The notes under the pieces are model-generated. The model searched no databases. It saw nothing but the letters and a program-made list of their open reading frames with translations, and was not told the origin of the DNA. From assembly GCF_030144855.1 (NCBI RefSeq), contig NC_082716.1, positions 53,382,001 through 53,446,000 on the forward strand: 64,000 nucleotides of DNA. The letters are read 5' to 3'. Each line of letters starts with the position of its first letter. Position 1 is the stretch's first letter. This document shows positions 62,910 through 64,000 of the stretch, piece after piece. A program made the translations under genes and the position numbers. Source of the DNA: Hypanus sabinus (lineage: Eukaryota).

Positions 62910-63870
62910 CTAGAAACTAGAACAGACAGGAATAGGCTCTTCTTCTCATTGTAGCTGCACAAACCACAATGCCAAAATAACTAATCCTATTGGCCCCACG
63001 TGGTCTGAAACTATTTATTTCCTGCTTGTTCATGCACCTGACAAAATGCCTCTTAACTGTTGTTTTTGTATCTGCTTTCATTACCTCCCTTGGCAGTGTG
63101 TTCCAGGCAGCTGTCTTTCACTGTGTAAAGATAAAACAACCCTTGCACATCTCCTTAAAACTTTCCCACCACCACCTTAAATCTATCCACTCAAGTATTT
63201 GACATTTCCACCCTGGGAAAATGTCTCTGACTATCTACTCTATCTATGCTTCATAATTTTGTATATTTCTATATGTTGCCCATTCAGCTTCTGAAGCTCC
63301 AGAGAAAGTAATCCAAGTTTATCCAACCTTTCATAATCAGGTAATATACTGGTGAACCTCTTTTACACCTTTGCCAAAAATTCCAAATCCTTTCTGTAAT
63401 GTGGCAACTGGAACCGCAAACAAAGTTCCAAATGTTGCCCAGCCAAACTTGAGTTTAGCTGCAACAAAACTTTGTGCTTTTTATGGGCAATACCCCAACT
63501 TACAAGCATGTTGTAAGCTTTCTTATAACACCCTATCCACTCATGTTGCCAATTTCAGAGAGCAGTGGACTCCACTAACTTTTGTGTCATCTATAGCCTT
63601 TCTAATCAGACCATGCACATTTTCATCTTGATCAATTATATGTATCAATCTTAGCATTAATCCTTACAGGATGCCACTGGTCACAGCCTAACAGTCAAGA
63701 AATCACACTTCCCAAAAAGAAACACCTTTTTTCCCCACTACTTCCCCATTTCTATCACCAAGCTGGTTTTGCATCCAATTGATCAACTCCCTGTGGATTT
63801 CATGTGACTTAATCTTCTGGATCAGCATGTCATGGGGGACTTTGCTAAATACAGTACTTGAGTATTTATC
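62910..63870 (-). mobile_element. Old CR1 3' fragment
   Basis: FSKVPHDMLIQKIKSHEI (63703-63885) and CR1 3' UTR near 62910-63200. Confidence 0.75.
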
Positions 63871-64000
63871 ATCTAAAATGGCCAAAGAGAACTCATTTTT
63901 TAAAAGAGGGATTAGGACAGAATCAGTTACTAGTACTCTATCAATATAAAAAAAATTGACTTATTTAAAATGGAAATCAATAGAAAATATTGATTATCAA

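Overview
Vertebrate nuclear DNA, most likely a cartilaginous fish (ray/skate/shark). This is inferred from dense CR1 LINEs, HE1/V-domain-like tRNA SINEs and abundant Penelope pseudo-LTR fragments. The window is intronic or intergenic and mostly decayed transposable elements: many CR1, Rex1-like and RTE LINE pieces, three Gypsy LTR proviruses, at least four solo LTRs, Tc1, two pogo/Tigger elements, a mariner-type MITE, a hAT/Buster remnant, and one Penelope-like element (RT + GIY-YIG) with a 13-bp target-site duplication (TSD) and an inverted 5' pLTR. Many insertions are nested, with readable TSDs. No long host ORF is present. Three signals stand out. (i) Minimal hammerhead ribozyme cores occur in the Penelope pLTR and in short pLTR-derived insertions. 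(ii) A series of very small minus-strand candidate exons (9, 44, 35, 23, 9 and 64 nt) has strong splice signals in unique sequence, but the host gene is unidentified and unproven. (iii) The Penelope, with its intact ribozyme and a long inverted repeat, is inserted 29 nt upstream of one 9-nt candidate microexon. Boundaries of old repeats are approximate.
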